The notes below the pieces were generated by a model, which worked only from the letters and a program-made list of their open reading frames with translations, was not told the DNA's origin and did no database searches. Below, piece by piece: positions 1-7,526 of a stretch of DNA of 55,402 nt (its first letter is position 1; each line of letters starts with the position of its first letter). The stretch comes from a virus. Both the position numbers and the translations under genes were made by a program. The stretch is from positions 1-55,402 of IMG/VR virus record IMGVR_UViG_3300045988_154458, one strand, 5' to 3'.

Positions 1-112
1 AATAAATATCTCTCATAGTAACCAAACATTCAATAAGTTCTTTTTTCTTAAATGTATCATAGTTTATTTCAACATTTTCGGTTGTTACTAATTTATATAA
101 ATAATTCATTCT
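1..112. repeat. Left copy of 112-bp terminal direct repeat (identical to 55291..55402): circular-assembly overlap or terminal redundancy
   Basis: Bases 1-112 (aataaatatctctcatag...ataattcattct) recur exactly as the last 112 bases. Unique length is 55,290 bp. The copy contains the first 36 codons of the gene annotated at 55100..55399. Confidence 0.9.
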
Positions 113-447
113 GACACCTCTTTTAATATATCTTCAACAATTTCTAAATAAGATAATAAACAACTTTTTGATAACATATTGTCATCTCGATTATTATTTA
201 ATATATTTCTTGTTTCTTTTGTTTCATTGAGTATTCTATCAATTACTTTTTTTTGCTTTTTGACTTGTTTAAGCAATTCTCCATAGTCAGGGACTTTTTT
301 AAATGTATCTATTGCACTTCTTAAATCATTTACATCAATACTTCCATAAGCACTTATTGTTTTTCCATCCTTAGCATCAACAACCATAGTAGGTGCTGAC
401 CTTAAAAAGTTATCAAACATTACTTTATCAATTATTTCTTTATCCAT
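106..447 (-). CDS. Hypothetical coiled-coil protein, KQKEVID-motif paralogue family
   Basis: Track ORF 106..471. AGGAG at 459-463 (minus) favours ATG 447; 456 is also possible. The motif KKQKKVIDRI and C-terminus DILKEVSE are shared with 2749..3042 and 3042..3257. The stop overlaps the ATG (107-109) of the gene that continues across the circular junction. Confidence 0.6.
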   Translation of the reverse strand: MDKEIIDKVMFDNFLRSAPTMVVDAKDGKTISAYGSIDVNDLRSAIDTFKKVPDYGELLKQVKKQKKVIDRILNETKETRNILNNNRDDNMLSKSCLLSYLEIVEDILKEVSE

Positions 448-461
448 TATTCTCATTTCTC

Positions 462-767
462 CTAATACCAATCTCCACCATTTGCTTCATCAAGTCTTTT
501 TTGAGTTGGTAAATAATAAGTTTCTATTTCCATATTTCCACCTTCAAACCATTCAAATCCTGTTGCTTTTAGTTCTAACCAAATTGTATCTTTATCAGTT
601 TTTAAATTACCTCTTGTTAATACTTTAAAATCACAACCATCTTTTAATAAAGCATAGCATTCTCCTAATTTACATTGGGAATAATAACTATCTCTATCGT
701 GCCATAAGTCAGTATTAACAAATGCTTGTTCACATATTTTAATTAAATCTTTTCTTGTATATTTCAT
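462..767 (-). CDS. Hypothetical protein
   Basis: 101-aa ORF. ATG 767 is preceded by GGAGAAATAAGAATAAT. Tightly packed in a co-directional block. Confidence 0.6.
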   Translation of the reverse strand: MKYTRKDLIKICEQAFVNTDLWHDRDSYYSQCKLGECYALLKDGCDFKVLTRGNLKTDKDTIWLELKATGFEWFEGGNMEIETYYLPTQKRLDEANGGDWY

Positions 768-774
768 ATTATTC

Positions 775-1029
775 TTATTTCTCCTTTCTTTTATCTAATT
801 CATATTGCAACTCTGTTATTTTTTTATCTACTAAATATGAATTATCATCATAATTATAAAAAATTTCGCCATTATCATAATCATAAAATTCATATTCTTC
901 GCCATAAAAATCATGGTGTTTTTTTAAAAATTTAATTGTATTTTCTATATGTGAATTTTCCATATCACTTATTTTAATTTTTTTATGGTCTTTAGTTTCC
1001 CACCAATCTTTTTTGTAAGGATATTCCAT
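775..1029 (-). CDS. Hypothetical protein
   Basis: 84-aa ORF. ATG 1029 is preceded by GGAGAAATAATT. Co-directional packing. Confidence 0.6.
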   Translation of the reverse strand: MEYPYKKDWWETKDHKKIKISDMENSHIENTIKFLKKHHDFYGEEYEFYDYDNGEIFYNYDDNSYLVDKKITELQYELDKRKEK

Positions 1030-1052
1030 AATTATTTCTCCTTTTATTAAAA

Positions 1053-1346
1053 TTATAATAATTCAATTTCACCATCATCTATTTTACTATTTTCATATTC
1101 AATAGAATCTTTATAACATCGATCACAACATCTGAATTTTTCTCCTTTAAAATTAGTACAAAGAGGCAATTCAATATCGCCATCATTTACAATCACTATA
1201 TCACCACAATTTTCACATATTCTAACAAAATCATTAATATATTCATCAAACGAATATAATTTTTTAAAGCTTTCTCTTTCATCAATATATTTTTGTAATA
1301 TAATATTCATGTTCACCTTATTTAAATTTTCAATTGTCATTATCAT
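1053..1346 (-). CDS. Hypothetical Cys-rich (zinc-ribbon-like) protein
   Basis: Cysteine pairs CENCGD ... C ... CCDRC. AGGAG lies 5 nt upstream of ATG 1346. First gene after promoter 1375..1403. Confidence 0.6.
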   Translation of the reverse strand: MIMTIENLNKVNMNIILQKYIDERESFKKLYSFDEYINDFVRICENCGDIVIVNDGDIELPLCTNFKGEKFRCCDRCYKDSIEYENSKIDDGEIELL

Positions 1347-1374
1347 TTCATCTCCTTACTTATATGACAATATT

Positions 1375-1403
1375 AATATACCATATTATAAGTTATTAGT
1401 CAA
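1375..1403 (-). promoter_or_regulatory. Sigma-70-type promoter, conserved early family (TTGACT-N17-TATATT with TGn)
   Basis: Minus strand reads ATTGACTAATAACTTATAATATGGTATATT. The -35 is at 1398-1403 and the -10 at 1375-1380, spacer 17. Same architecture as the promoters at 4424, 9679, 9938, 10370 and 49563. Confidence 0.6.
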
Positions 1404-1422
1404 TAAAAATAAAAAAAAAAGA

Positions 1423-1815
1423 TTATTTTTTTAAAAATCTTTCTTTATAATCATTTTTTATTAATAATTTCCCCTTTTTTGATTTCATATTTGAAAATTC
1501 TTTTTCAAAATAACATAATAAATCATTAATATATTTTAAATTTTCAATATCAATTCTATTTTTTATTTTTTCATCAATCATTTCAGAGGTTATTCTCATG
1601 AATATCTCATAATCTTTTGATTCTATTAAATGCAGATAGGGGTGTGACGTAGATCTATTTAATATTGCACCATTCCAAATAGTCATTGGCCCGTTTTCTC
1701 TATTTGGTACTACAAGATGATGATAACTAACATCTTCTTTTTTTAAATAATAACCCATCATATCAATACGTTGTATATTCATTTCACGAATAATCAACTT
1801 AGAAATATTTTTCAT
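1423..1815 (-). CDS. HNH endonuclease
   Basis: SYHHLVVPNRENGPMTIWNGAILNRSTSHPYLH gives H-N-H spacing. ATG 1815 follows an AGGTGA SD. The track ORF extension to 1902 has no SD. Confidence 0.7.
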   Translation of the reverse strand: MKNISKLIIREMNIQRIDMMGYYLKKEDVSYHHLVVPNRENGPMTIWNGAILNRSTSHPYLHLIESKDYEIFMRITSEMIDEKIKNRIDIENLKYINDLLCYFEKEFSNMKSKKGKLLIKNDYKERFLKK

Positions 1816-1873
1816 ACGTTCACCTACACTTATATTTATTATATCATATGTTATAATTATTCGCAAATCAACA

Positions 1874-2059
1874 TTAATTACTAATTTTAAACCGGATAAC
1901 ACAATTACTATTTTGTCTTATTACTAGCTCTCTAGTTTCTAAACTTTTAACATAGTCTGTTATCCATTTCTTATATTGTTCTATATTGCCTTTATCTTCA
2001 TATCCTAGCATTGAACCATTTACTAGGTTTGCTAGTCCTATTAAGTATTTTTCTTTCAT
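1874..2059 (-). CDS. Hypothetical protein
   Basis: Track ORF 1874..2068 (GTG start). ATG 2059 is preceded by GAGGTG with 8-nt spacing. Confidence 0.5.
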   Translation of the reverse strand: MKEKYLIGLANLVNGSMLGYEDKGNIEQYKKWITDYVKSLETRELVIRQNSNCVIRFKISN

Positions 2060-2070
2060 AATTAACACCT

Positions 2071-2289
2071 CTATCTAATACCATAAGTATAATTTGGTTT
2101 AACCATTGCAACCATTTGTTCTTTTAAAACTTTATTCTCTAATTCCAACTTATCAATAACTTCTTTTTGCTTTTGATTTTCTTCTTTCCAATTAACCATT
2201 TCATTAAATAACTCTTTAAATACATCTTTTGGTATTAAATAATGGTCTGTGCCTTGTATATAATACTTGCTATAATCTTCTAATTTCAT
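2071..2289 (-). CDS. Hypothetical coiled-coil protein (contains QKQKEVIDK motif)
   Basis: 72-aa ORF. Carries the motif shared with the KQKEVID family. Abuts the stop of 2290..2436. Confidence 0.55.
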   Translation of the reverse strand: MKLEDYSKYYIQGTDHYLIPKDVFKELFNEMVNWKEENQKQKEVIDKLELENKVLKEQMVAMVKPNYTYGIR

Positions 2290-2436
2290 TTAATCATCAC
2301 TCTCTACTTTCAACACTTCTAACATTTCATTATATTTTTCAAATAAATCTTCCAAATACATACCATAGTTATTAAATGCTGTCTTTTTTGTATAATAAAA
2401 TTCTATTAATTTAAAGCATACTTCTTCTTTATTCAT
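2290..2436 (-). CDS. Small hypothetical protein (48 aa), paralogue of 54931..55107
   Basis: Hand translation MNKEEVCFKLIEFYYTKKTAFNNYGMYLEDLFEKYNEMLEVLKVESDD, below the track cut-off. The 3' end tcatcactctctactttc and the start context attcattactatcac are shared with 54931..55107. Confidence 0.5.
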   Translation of the reverse strand: MNKEEVCFKLIEFYYTKKTAFNNYGMYLEDLFEKYNEMLEVLKVESDD

Positions 2437-2752
2437 TACTATCACTTCCTTGTTCTAGTTCTTGTATTTTATTTAATATAGGTTCTATATCATCATTAAA
2501 TGATAAACAATTCTCCCATTCATTTGAATTATATTTGCTAAAAGTTGATTGTCTTATTTTTATTAAATCTTCTTTTAACTCATTCCAATTATCCTTTAGT
2601 TGTTTGTTCTCTTGCTGTAATTGTTTAATATATTTGTATAATATTTTTTGGTCTTTATATGTAAATTCACTTGAATAATCATCATGTGGTTCTAAACTTG
2701 TCGTTTCTAGATAATTCAATATCATATCTAAATCAGTAATTTCTATATTCAT
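2429..2752 (-). CDS. Hypothetical protein, paralogue of 55100..55399
   Basis: Shares QQENKQLKDNWNELKEDL and the C-terminus IQELEQGSDSNE with 55100..55399. About 43 nt are identical at the 3' end. ATGA overlap with the upstream gene. Confidence 0.6.
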   Translation of the reverse strand: MNIEITDLDMILNYLETTSLEPHDDYSSEFTYKDQKILYKYIKQLQQENKQLKDNWNELKEDLIKIRQSTFSKYNSNEWENCLSFNDDIEPILNKIQELEQGSDSNE

Positions 2753-3042
2753 TCTGACACCTCTTTTAATATATCAATTAATGTCTTACTTAAGTGTGCA
2801 GGAAGATAATAATCTTTTCTTAATTTTCCTTCTACAGTTCTTCCTATAACACATTCTTGTTTATTGTTTTCATAAAATGCTATTGCTTTATCAATCACTT
2901 CTTTTTGTTTTTTATTCTTGCTTTTTAATATTTGAATTTGTTTTTGCAAATCTCTTTTCATTTTTTCATATCCTAATATTCTTCTTCTCCAGTTATCAAC
3001 CTTTCTTTCATATTTAGGATATAAATCATAATTTTTAGACAT
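2749..3042 (-). CDS. Hypothetical coiled-coil protein, KQKEVID-motif family
   Basis: Contains NKKQKEVIDKAI and the C-terminus DILKEVSE. GAGGTGAAATA precedes ATG 3042. Confidence 0.6.
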   Translation of the reverse strand: MSKNYDLYPKYERKVDNWRRRILGYEKMKRDLQKQIQILKSKNKKQKEVIDKAIAFYENNKQECVIGRTVEGKLRKDYYLPAHLSKTLIDILKEVSE

Positions 3043-3257
3043 TATTTCACCTCGTTTAATATATCTAGCATATTCTTTAATATATATCTTAAAGTTGAAT
3101 TGTCATTATGTTCTTTATCTGTTCCATAATAATTTATTATTTTACTGATTTTATCAATTAATTCTTTTTGCTTTTTACATCGTTGTTCTAGTACTTTAAT
3201 TTCATTTATAAGTTTAGTTTCATTTTTTCTAACTTCTTCTATTGTTCTATTATCCAT
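3042..3257 (-). CDS. Hypothetical coiled-coil protein, KQKEVID-motif family
   Basis: Track ORF runs to 3284. ATG 3257 has AGGAG 10 nt upstream and avoids overlap with 3271..3429. Contains CKKQKELIDKI and DILNEVK. Confidence 0.55.
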   Translation of the reverse strand: MDNRTIEEVRKNETKLINEIKVLEQRCKKQKELIDKISKIINYYGTDKEHNDNSTLRYILKNMLDILNEVK

Positions 3258-3270
3258 ATTCTTATTTCTC

Positions 3271-3429
3271 CTATTTATTTTCAATATATTTCTTTAATTC
3301 TGGATCGTGTTCAGCCAAGGCTCTTAGACAATTTTGATAATTACTATACATAATTTTATATTTATGCCGCAAATCAAAATACATTACAGTCATTCCAAAA
3401 CCAAATAATATTATACTTATCATTTCCAT
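3271..3429 (-). CDS. Small membrane protein (52 aa)
   Basis: Hand translation MEMISIILFGFGMTVMYFDLRHKYKIMYSNYQNCLRALAEHDPELKKYIENK. The ATG overlaps the upstream stop (TAATG). Confidence 0.4.
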   Translation of the reverse strand: MEMISIILFGFGMTVMYFDLRHKYKIMYSNYQNCLRALAEHDPELKKYIENK

Positions 3430-3602
3430 TATCTGTCCTTTCTATAAACTCTACATGATTTATCTTTATAAAATTCATTTAACGGTAATTCATAACATCT
3501 TTTATCATGTAATGCACCTAAAATACCAATAAATAAACCAAGTACGATAAGGAAGACACCAACATATAACAAGACAACTACCAATTTTAATTTATTATCC
3601 AT
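3429..3602 (-). CDS. Small membrane protein
   Basis: One hydrophobic helix, LVVVLLYVGVFLIVLGLFIGILGAL. ATG 3602 follows GGTGATAAAC. Confidence 0.5.
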   Translation of the reverse strand: MDNKLKLVVVLLYVGVFLIVLGLFIGILGALHDKRCYELPLNEFYKDKSCRVYRKDR

Positions 3603-3607
3603 GTTTA

Positions 3608-3787
3608 TCACCATTTCTTACCTTTCCACAAACGTAATTTACAAAACATATCATATTCAAATTTATATTTTGCGTCTAAAACTTTTCCACAACAACGGCA
3701 TGTGCCATATCGTTTTACATTTTCGGGATAATTATTATAACCACATTCGCATTTTACAAAATCAATTTTCTTTTTATCTTTTTTCAT
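3608..3787 (-). CDS. Zinc-ribbon protein (59 aa)
   Basis: Hand translation MKKDKKKIDFVKCECGYNNYPENVKRYGTCRCCGKVLDAKYKFEYDMFCKLRLWKGKKW, with CxC...CxCC. GAGGTGAAGAAAA precedes ATG 3787. Confidence 0.5.
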   Translation of the reverse strand: MKKDKKKIDFVKCECGYNNYPENVKRYGTCRCCGKVLDAKYKFEYDMFCKLRLWKGKKW

Positions 3788-3977
3788 TTTTCTTCACCTC
3801 TGTCTCTACCAATTCCCAGTTTTCAGGATGTTTGAATTTTTTTAGCCAAATATTTGCTTGCTTTTTATCAAATTTAGTAGCATCTAACGGATCACATACG
3901 TAATGATGATAATTCAATGATTTATAAAATTTTAAAAATACTCGATTCATCTTGTGTTTCAATATGTATTTTTTCAT
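3774..3977 (-). CDS. Hypothetical protein
   Basis: 67-aa ORF. GAGGTGAAGAAAG precedes ATG 3977. Confidence 0.55.
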   Translation of the reverse strand: MKKYILKHKMNRVFLKFYKSLNYHHYVCDPLDATKFDKKQANIWLKKFKHPENWELVETEVKKNEKR

Positions 3978-4185
3978 CTTTCTTCACCTCATAACATTTT
4001 ATTCTCTTTTCTAATTTTGCTATTTTTAAGTTTTGCTTATAAATTTTCTTTTCCAAATTTTTAGAATAATCTAACAGTATTGTATAATTTTTTTTCAAAG
4101 TAGTTATATCGTCTGCGATATAATTATTAATAACGACATTTTCATTATCTTCTATCAAATCGGGGAAAAAATCTTTGTAATTCAT
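3922..4185 (-). CDS. Hypothetical coiled-coil protein
   Basis: 87-aa ORF. ATGA overlap with 4182..4400. Confidence 0.55.
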   Translation of the reverse strand: MNYKDFFPDLIEDNENVVINNYIADDITTLKKNYTILLDYSKNLEKKIYKQNLKIAKLEKRIKCYEVKKDEKIHIETQDESSIFKIL

Positions 4186-4400
4186 AACACTTCAATAATA
4201 TAATCTTTTTCGTAATTCTTACAACCATACATATCTGTATAATAATCTTTATGTTCAGAAATACTACAATTATATCCTTTCTTTTTTAATTCTAGCAACA
4301 ATAATTTTTCTCCAAATTTATCATATATCTTCGAGTCAATATAACAATTTCGATACTTTTTTAAATTTCTATAAACATAGTCATCTAATTTTATTTTCAT
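4182..4400 (-). CDS. Hypothetical protein
   Basis: Track ORF runs to 4433. ATG 4400 follows AAGGAGAAGATAAAA. First gene after promoter 4424..4452. Confidence 0.55.
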   Translation of the reverse strand: MKIKLDDYVYRNLKKYRNCYIDSKIYDKFGEKLLLLELKKKGYNCSISEHKDYYTDMYGCKNYEKDYIIEVL

Positions 4401-4423
4401 TTTTATCTTCTCCTTACAATAAC

Positions 4424-4452
4424 AATATATCATATTATTATATATTAGTCAA
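4424..4452 (-). promoter_or_regulatory. Sigma-70-type promoter, conserved early family
   Basis: Minus strand reads ATTGACTAATATATAATAATATGATATATT. The -35 is at 4447-4452 and the -10 at 4424-4429, spacer 17. A second ATTAGTCAA copy at 4487-4495 suggests a tandem promoter. Confidence 0.55.
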
Positions 4453-4605
4453 TATATTTTAATAAATTTTATAATTATTTTAATATATTAGTCAAAATTC
4501 TTTCCTTTGCTATTTCATAATATTTTTCATAAATTCTAGTGACATTTGACAAAACATATCTAAACTATTTTCATTGTATAATGCAATCATTATCTCATCT
4601 CCTCT

Positions 4606-6078
4606 TTAATTTGCATATGACGATGCCATACCTTCTTTTATTTTAATATTCGACAAATTATAATAACCATTATTCTTCTTAATCTCCGTACCATATCTAG
4701 GTTTCAAATAATCTTCAATTTCCTTATTTTTAAGACCAATAGGTTTTATACCACTATCACGACACCATATCTGATAATTCGTCTTAAACGATTTAACAGA
4801 CAGTCTTTCTGTAACCAATAAACTATTATCAATATCACAACATTCTTCAACGAACTCTAATAATGTATTATTAACAACAACATATCTATCAAGGCCCATT
4901 TTCATTTTATCACTTTCAACAAACTTAAATCTTCTTTTTCTAAGTTTCAATAAGCTTTCAATGCAAAGTGAAACAATATATTCTCCTTCTTTTAACATCT
5001 TATCAACTAAATAAGGATCTTGCTTATCCTTTTCAACAACATGATTGCAAGGGATAATCATAAATCTTTGATACACCGCCTCTTCTTTCTTACCACTAAA
5101 TTTAGGAAAATCATTTGCCAAAAACCAAACTAAGCCATTAAAGATATATGAAAATGCCCCACGACCTTTAAATTCAATACTAATAGGATCTCCACCAACT
5201 AATTGCTTAAAAATACCCATATCACTAACTGTAGTGTATTGCATATCATTACTACCAACTAATCTCTTATTATATAATTCACTGGTACCAAAACGACTAT
5301 CATTCATCTTACTAAGTTCAATACTACTTGTATATTTAACACCGATTAAATGTGTTAACAACTTTTTTATCTGCGTCTTCCCACAATCTTTAGGGCCAAT
5401 CATTAAAATCGACTTTTTCGTAAGATAACCAGGTATATTCGACATAGCAAGACCCATTGCCTCCAACAAACATTCTCTCATTTCCAAGTCACCATCAACA
5501 AGCTCATTCAAATATTTTTCAAATACAAGTCCTTTTTCGCAATTTTCAAGAGGGATATAATTTATAGGAATCTGAATCGTAAACATTTTATCGGGTGTAT
5601 GCTCACTAAGTGTCATTGTATCTAAATTTAAGATACCATTTTTAAAATTAATACAATTCGCATCACTATTCAAATAATCATTATCAACATAAAAACTATC
5701 ATCCATAAGTAACAACTTATAAATTTCATCAATATCTTTCGACTTTTGAATGAGTTCAGGAATCCATTTTCTAATCATACCTTTAAACTCATTTTCAGTC
5801 ACATTCTGATAATAACCATTCTTATACATATATAATGTTATATTACCCAAATTTGAATCCTTAACGAACTTAAAATGCTCACTTTCTTTTATAATCTGCA
5901 CCAATTTAGGACAAACAACCTCAATATCATATCTATATTCAAATTCATTTTCATTTTTAATACTTATCGCACTCTTCGGTAATAAATATTGCAAGTTATT
6001 ACTATTGATAAAAGGTATGCTATCAAGTGGCATCATTGTCTTTTCTAACTCAATCGGAATATTTTTCTGTTTACCCAT
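4606..6078 (-). CDS. SF3 replicative helicase, D5 / P4-alpha (phage-plasmid primase C-terminal) family
   Basis: 490 aa. Walker A is MIGPKDCGKTQ. The segment before it, VFEKYLNELVDGDLEMRECLLEAMG, is typical of the D5_N/P4 primase-helicase family. No primase domain is present; a separate PrimPol is at 49715..50527. Confidence 0.8.
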   Translation of the reverse strand: MGKQKNIPIELEKTMMPLDSIPFINSNNLQYLLPKSAISIKNENEFEYRYDIEVVCPKLVQIIKESEHFKFVKDSNLGNITLYMYKNGYYQNVTENEFKGMIRKWIPELIQKSKDIDEIYKLLLMDDSFYVDNDYLNSDANCINFKNGILNLDTMTLSEHTPDKMFTIQIPINYIPLENCEKGLVFEKYLNELVDGDLEMRECLLEAMGLAMSNIPGYLTKKSILMIGPKDCGKTQIKKLLTHLIGVKYTSSIELSKMNDSRFGTSELYNKRLVGSNDMQYTTVSDMGIFKQLVGGDPISIEFKGRGAFSYIFNGLVWFLANDFPKFSGKKEEAVYQRFMIIPCNHVVEKDKQDPYLVDKMLKEGEYIVSLCIESLLKLRKRRFKFVESDKMKMGLDRYVVVNNTLLEFVEECCDIDNSLLVTERLSVKSFKTNYQIWCRDSGIKPIGLKNKEIEDYLKPRYGTEIKKNNGYYNLSNIKIKEGMASSYAN

Positions 6079-6083
6079 ATTTA

Positions 6084-6296
6084 TTATTCTCCTTCTACCG
6101 TTTCAAAAAAATCATCAATCTCATATTCATTATTCAAGGTCTTAACTATTGCAAGTGCCAGCACTTTCTTACACTTTTTATGGCCATTGAATATATTATA
6201 TAATGTTACTGGTGTATAATTAATCTGCCTACTCAACCATTCAACCGTTCTCCCATCCAACAAGTCAACATACTTATCTTTCTTAAACATGTACAT
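6084..6296 (-). CDS. Small helix-turn-helix DNA-binding protein
   Basis: 70 aa. VEWLSRQINYTPVTLYNIFNG resembles an HTH. First gene after promoter 6333..6361. Confidence 0.5.
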   Translation of the reverse strand: MYMFKKDKYVDLLDGRTVEWLSRQINYTPVTLYNIFNGHKKCKKVLALAIVKTLNNEYEIDDFFETVEGE

Positions 6297-6332
6297 TTTT
6301 GTATCGCCACCTTATCTTTCTAACGTAATTAA

Positions 6333-6361
6333 AATATATCATTTTTATTATTTGTTGTCAA
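6333..6361 (-). promoter_or_regulatory. Sigma-70-type promoter (TTGACA-N17-TATATT)
   Basis: Minus strand reads TTGACAACAAATAATAAAAATGATATATT. The -35 is at 6356-6361 and the -10 at 6333-6338. Confidence 0.6.
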
Positions 6362-6430
6362 TGAGAATTTTATAAAAATATAAAAAAATTATATTTACAA
6401 AATGGCTGGCAACCACTTATATATTAAAAA

Positions 6431-6810
6431 ATCGCCCTTTTTTATGCCCTTTTTTCCCTTAAATTTAAGATTTTTTCCCTTAATTGCCCTAAAAACTCCC
6501 TTAAATGTCCCTTAAGATTTGTTGAAAAATAAGGGAAAAATTGGTATTAAGGGATATTTTTATATAAAAATATTAATATTCTTACGTATGGAAAAATAAA
6601 AAATACATAATGTATATATGTATATGTGTATATATGGATTTTTACTCGCCCTTTTGTCCCTTTTTTGCCCTTAATGGCCTCCAAACCCTTATAAAATAAG
6701 GAAATCGTTAAGGGAGTTTTTTAAAATTTAAGGGAAAAAATGCCCATTTTAAGGGAGTTTTTGCTCTAAAAAGGGCGATTTAAGGGAGTTTTTTGAGTAA
6801 TTTAAGGGCA
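6431..6810. repeat. Helically phased CCCTT / AAGGG (TTAAGGGAGTTTTT) repeat field: candidate iteron origin or pac/TerS-binding region
   Basis: CCC of CCCTT/CCCTA starts at 6435, 6447, 6456, 6477, 6487, 6498, 6509, 6649, 6658, 6668 and 6686. GGG of AAGGG starts at 6533, 6551, 6712, 6732, 6753, 6773, 6784 and 6806. Spacings cluster at about 10-11 and 20-22 bp. An AT-rich TA/TG core lies at 6555-6640. Confidence 0.75.
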
Positions 6811-6825
6811 ATTTTTGATAATTTC

Positions 6826-6854
6826 TTGACTATTTGATTAAATTATGCTATAAT
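6826..6854 (+). promoter_or_regulatory. Near-consensus sigma-70 promoter for terS (TTGACT-N17-TGcTATAAT)
   Basis: TTGACT at 6826-6831, 17-nt spacer, TATAAT at 6849-6854 preceded by TGC. Confidence 0.7.
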
Positions 6855-6886
6855 TATTATAGTATTTTGAAAGAGAGTGATTTTTG

Positions 6887-7480
6887 ATGCCTAGAAGAAG
6901 AATTAATGATGATAACAGAGATAATGTTACTAAATTTATGGAAATCACCAATAAAAGAGGGAATATAAGTAATAACAAAGTTAGTAAAGAATATATGAGT
7001 GATCCTAATGTTAAAGAATTTAATAAAGCTGTTAGAGAACATTGTGTAAAAAAAACTTTTCATCCTAATATGGCTTTTCAAAGTGTTGAAACATTACAGA
7101 AAGATTTAGAGGAATTCTTTGATTTATGTGATAGAACTAACACTGTTCCGACTATAGTAGCTATTGCTTTATATCTTGGAGTTAATAGAGATACAATCTA
7201 CGCTCATGCCAATAATCCGAACTCTCCCGTTTCCGACGTTTTTAAAAATGTTATCTCATATTGTCATATGTCAATGGAAAATGGGGCTTTAGTTGGTAAG
7301 ATAAATCCAGTCACATACATCTTCTTAGGAAAGAACTATTTTGGGTTACGAGATGATAAAAATATCACAGTTACCCCAACTTCTGATAATGCTCAAATAA
7401 GTAGTAAATCGACTATGGATGCAATTCAGAAACAATTGGAAGAAGAAACGATACCTAATGCCGACTATCAAGTAAAATAA
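6887..7480 (+). CDS. terS: Terminase small subunit (gp3-like DNA-packaging protein family)
   Basis: LQKDLEEFFDLCDRTNTVPTIVAIALYLGVNRDTIY...KINPVTYIFLGKNYFGLRDDK matches the recalled pattern of Firmicute-phage small terminases (EEYF..C....PT..GLAL.LG.SR..L....IF.LKN.FGW.DK). ATG 6887 follows GAAAGAGAGTGA. Confidence 0.75.
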   Translation: MPRRRINDDNRDNVTKFMEITNKRGNISNNKVSKEYMSDPNVKEFNKAVREHCVKKTFHPNMAFQSVETLQKDLEEFFDLCDRTNTVPTIVAIALYLGVNRDTIYAHANNPNSPVSDVFKNVISYCHMSMENGALVGKINPVTYIFLGKNYFGLRDDKNITVTPTSDNAQISSKSTMDAIQKQLEEETIPNADYQVK

Positions 7481-7526
7481 AAACGACTATCGACTTTCAA
7501 AAAATTAAAACGACTATCGACTTTCA
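7480..7526. repeat. Two direct copies of AAAACGACTATCGACTTTCA immediately after the terS stop
   Basis: Copies at 7480-7499 and 7507-7526 (27-bp period). A third partial CGACTATC lies inside the last terS codons (7462-7469). Confidence 0.8.

Noticed and set aside
3601-3903. 100-aa plus-strand ORF in the leftward early block, and similar ones at 5234..5428, 8238..8453, 39744..39938, 41151..41504, 42227..42589, 43124..43489, 45154..45369, 46870..47076, 48686..48868, 51829..52029, 53087..53448, 54399..54992
   Set aside because: All overlap better-supported minus-strand genes, lack SD sequences, and are Phe/Ile/Leu/Ser-rich reverse-frame artefacts.
6431-6810. CRISPR array
   Set aside because: The repeat units are only about 5-14 bp, occur in both orientations with 9-22-bp spacing, and have no spacers of 25-40 bp. 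No cas genes are present.
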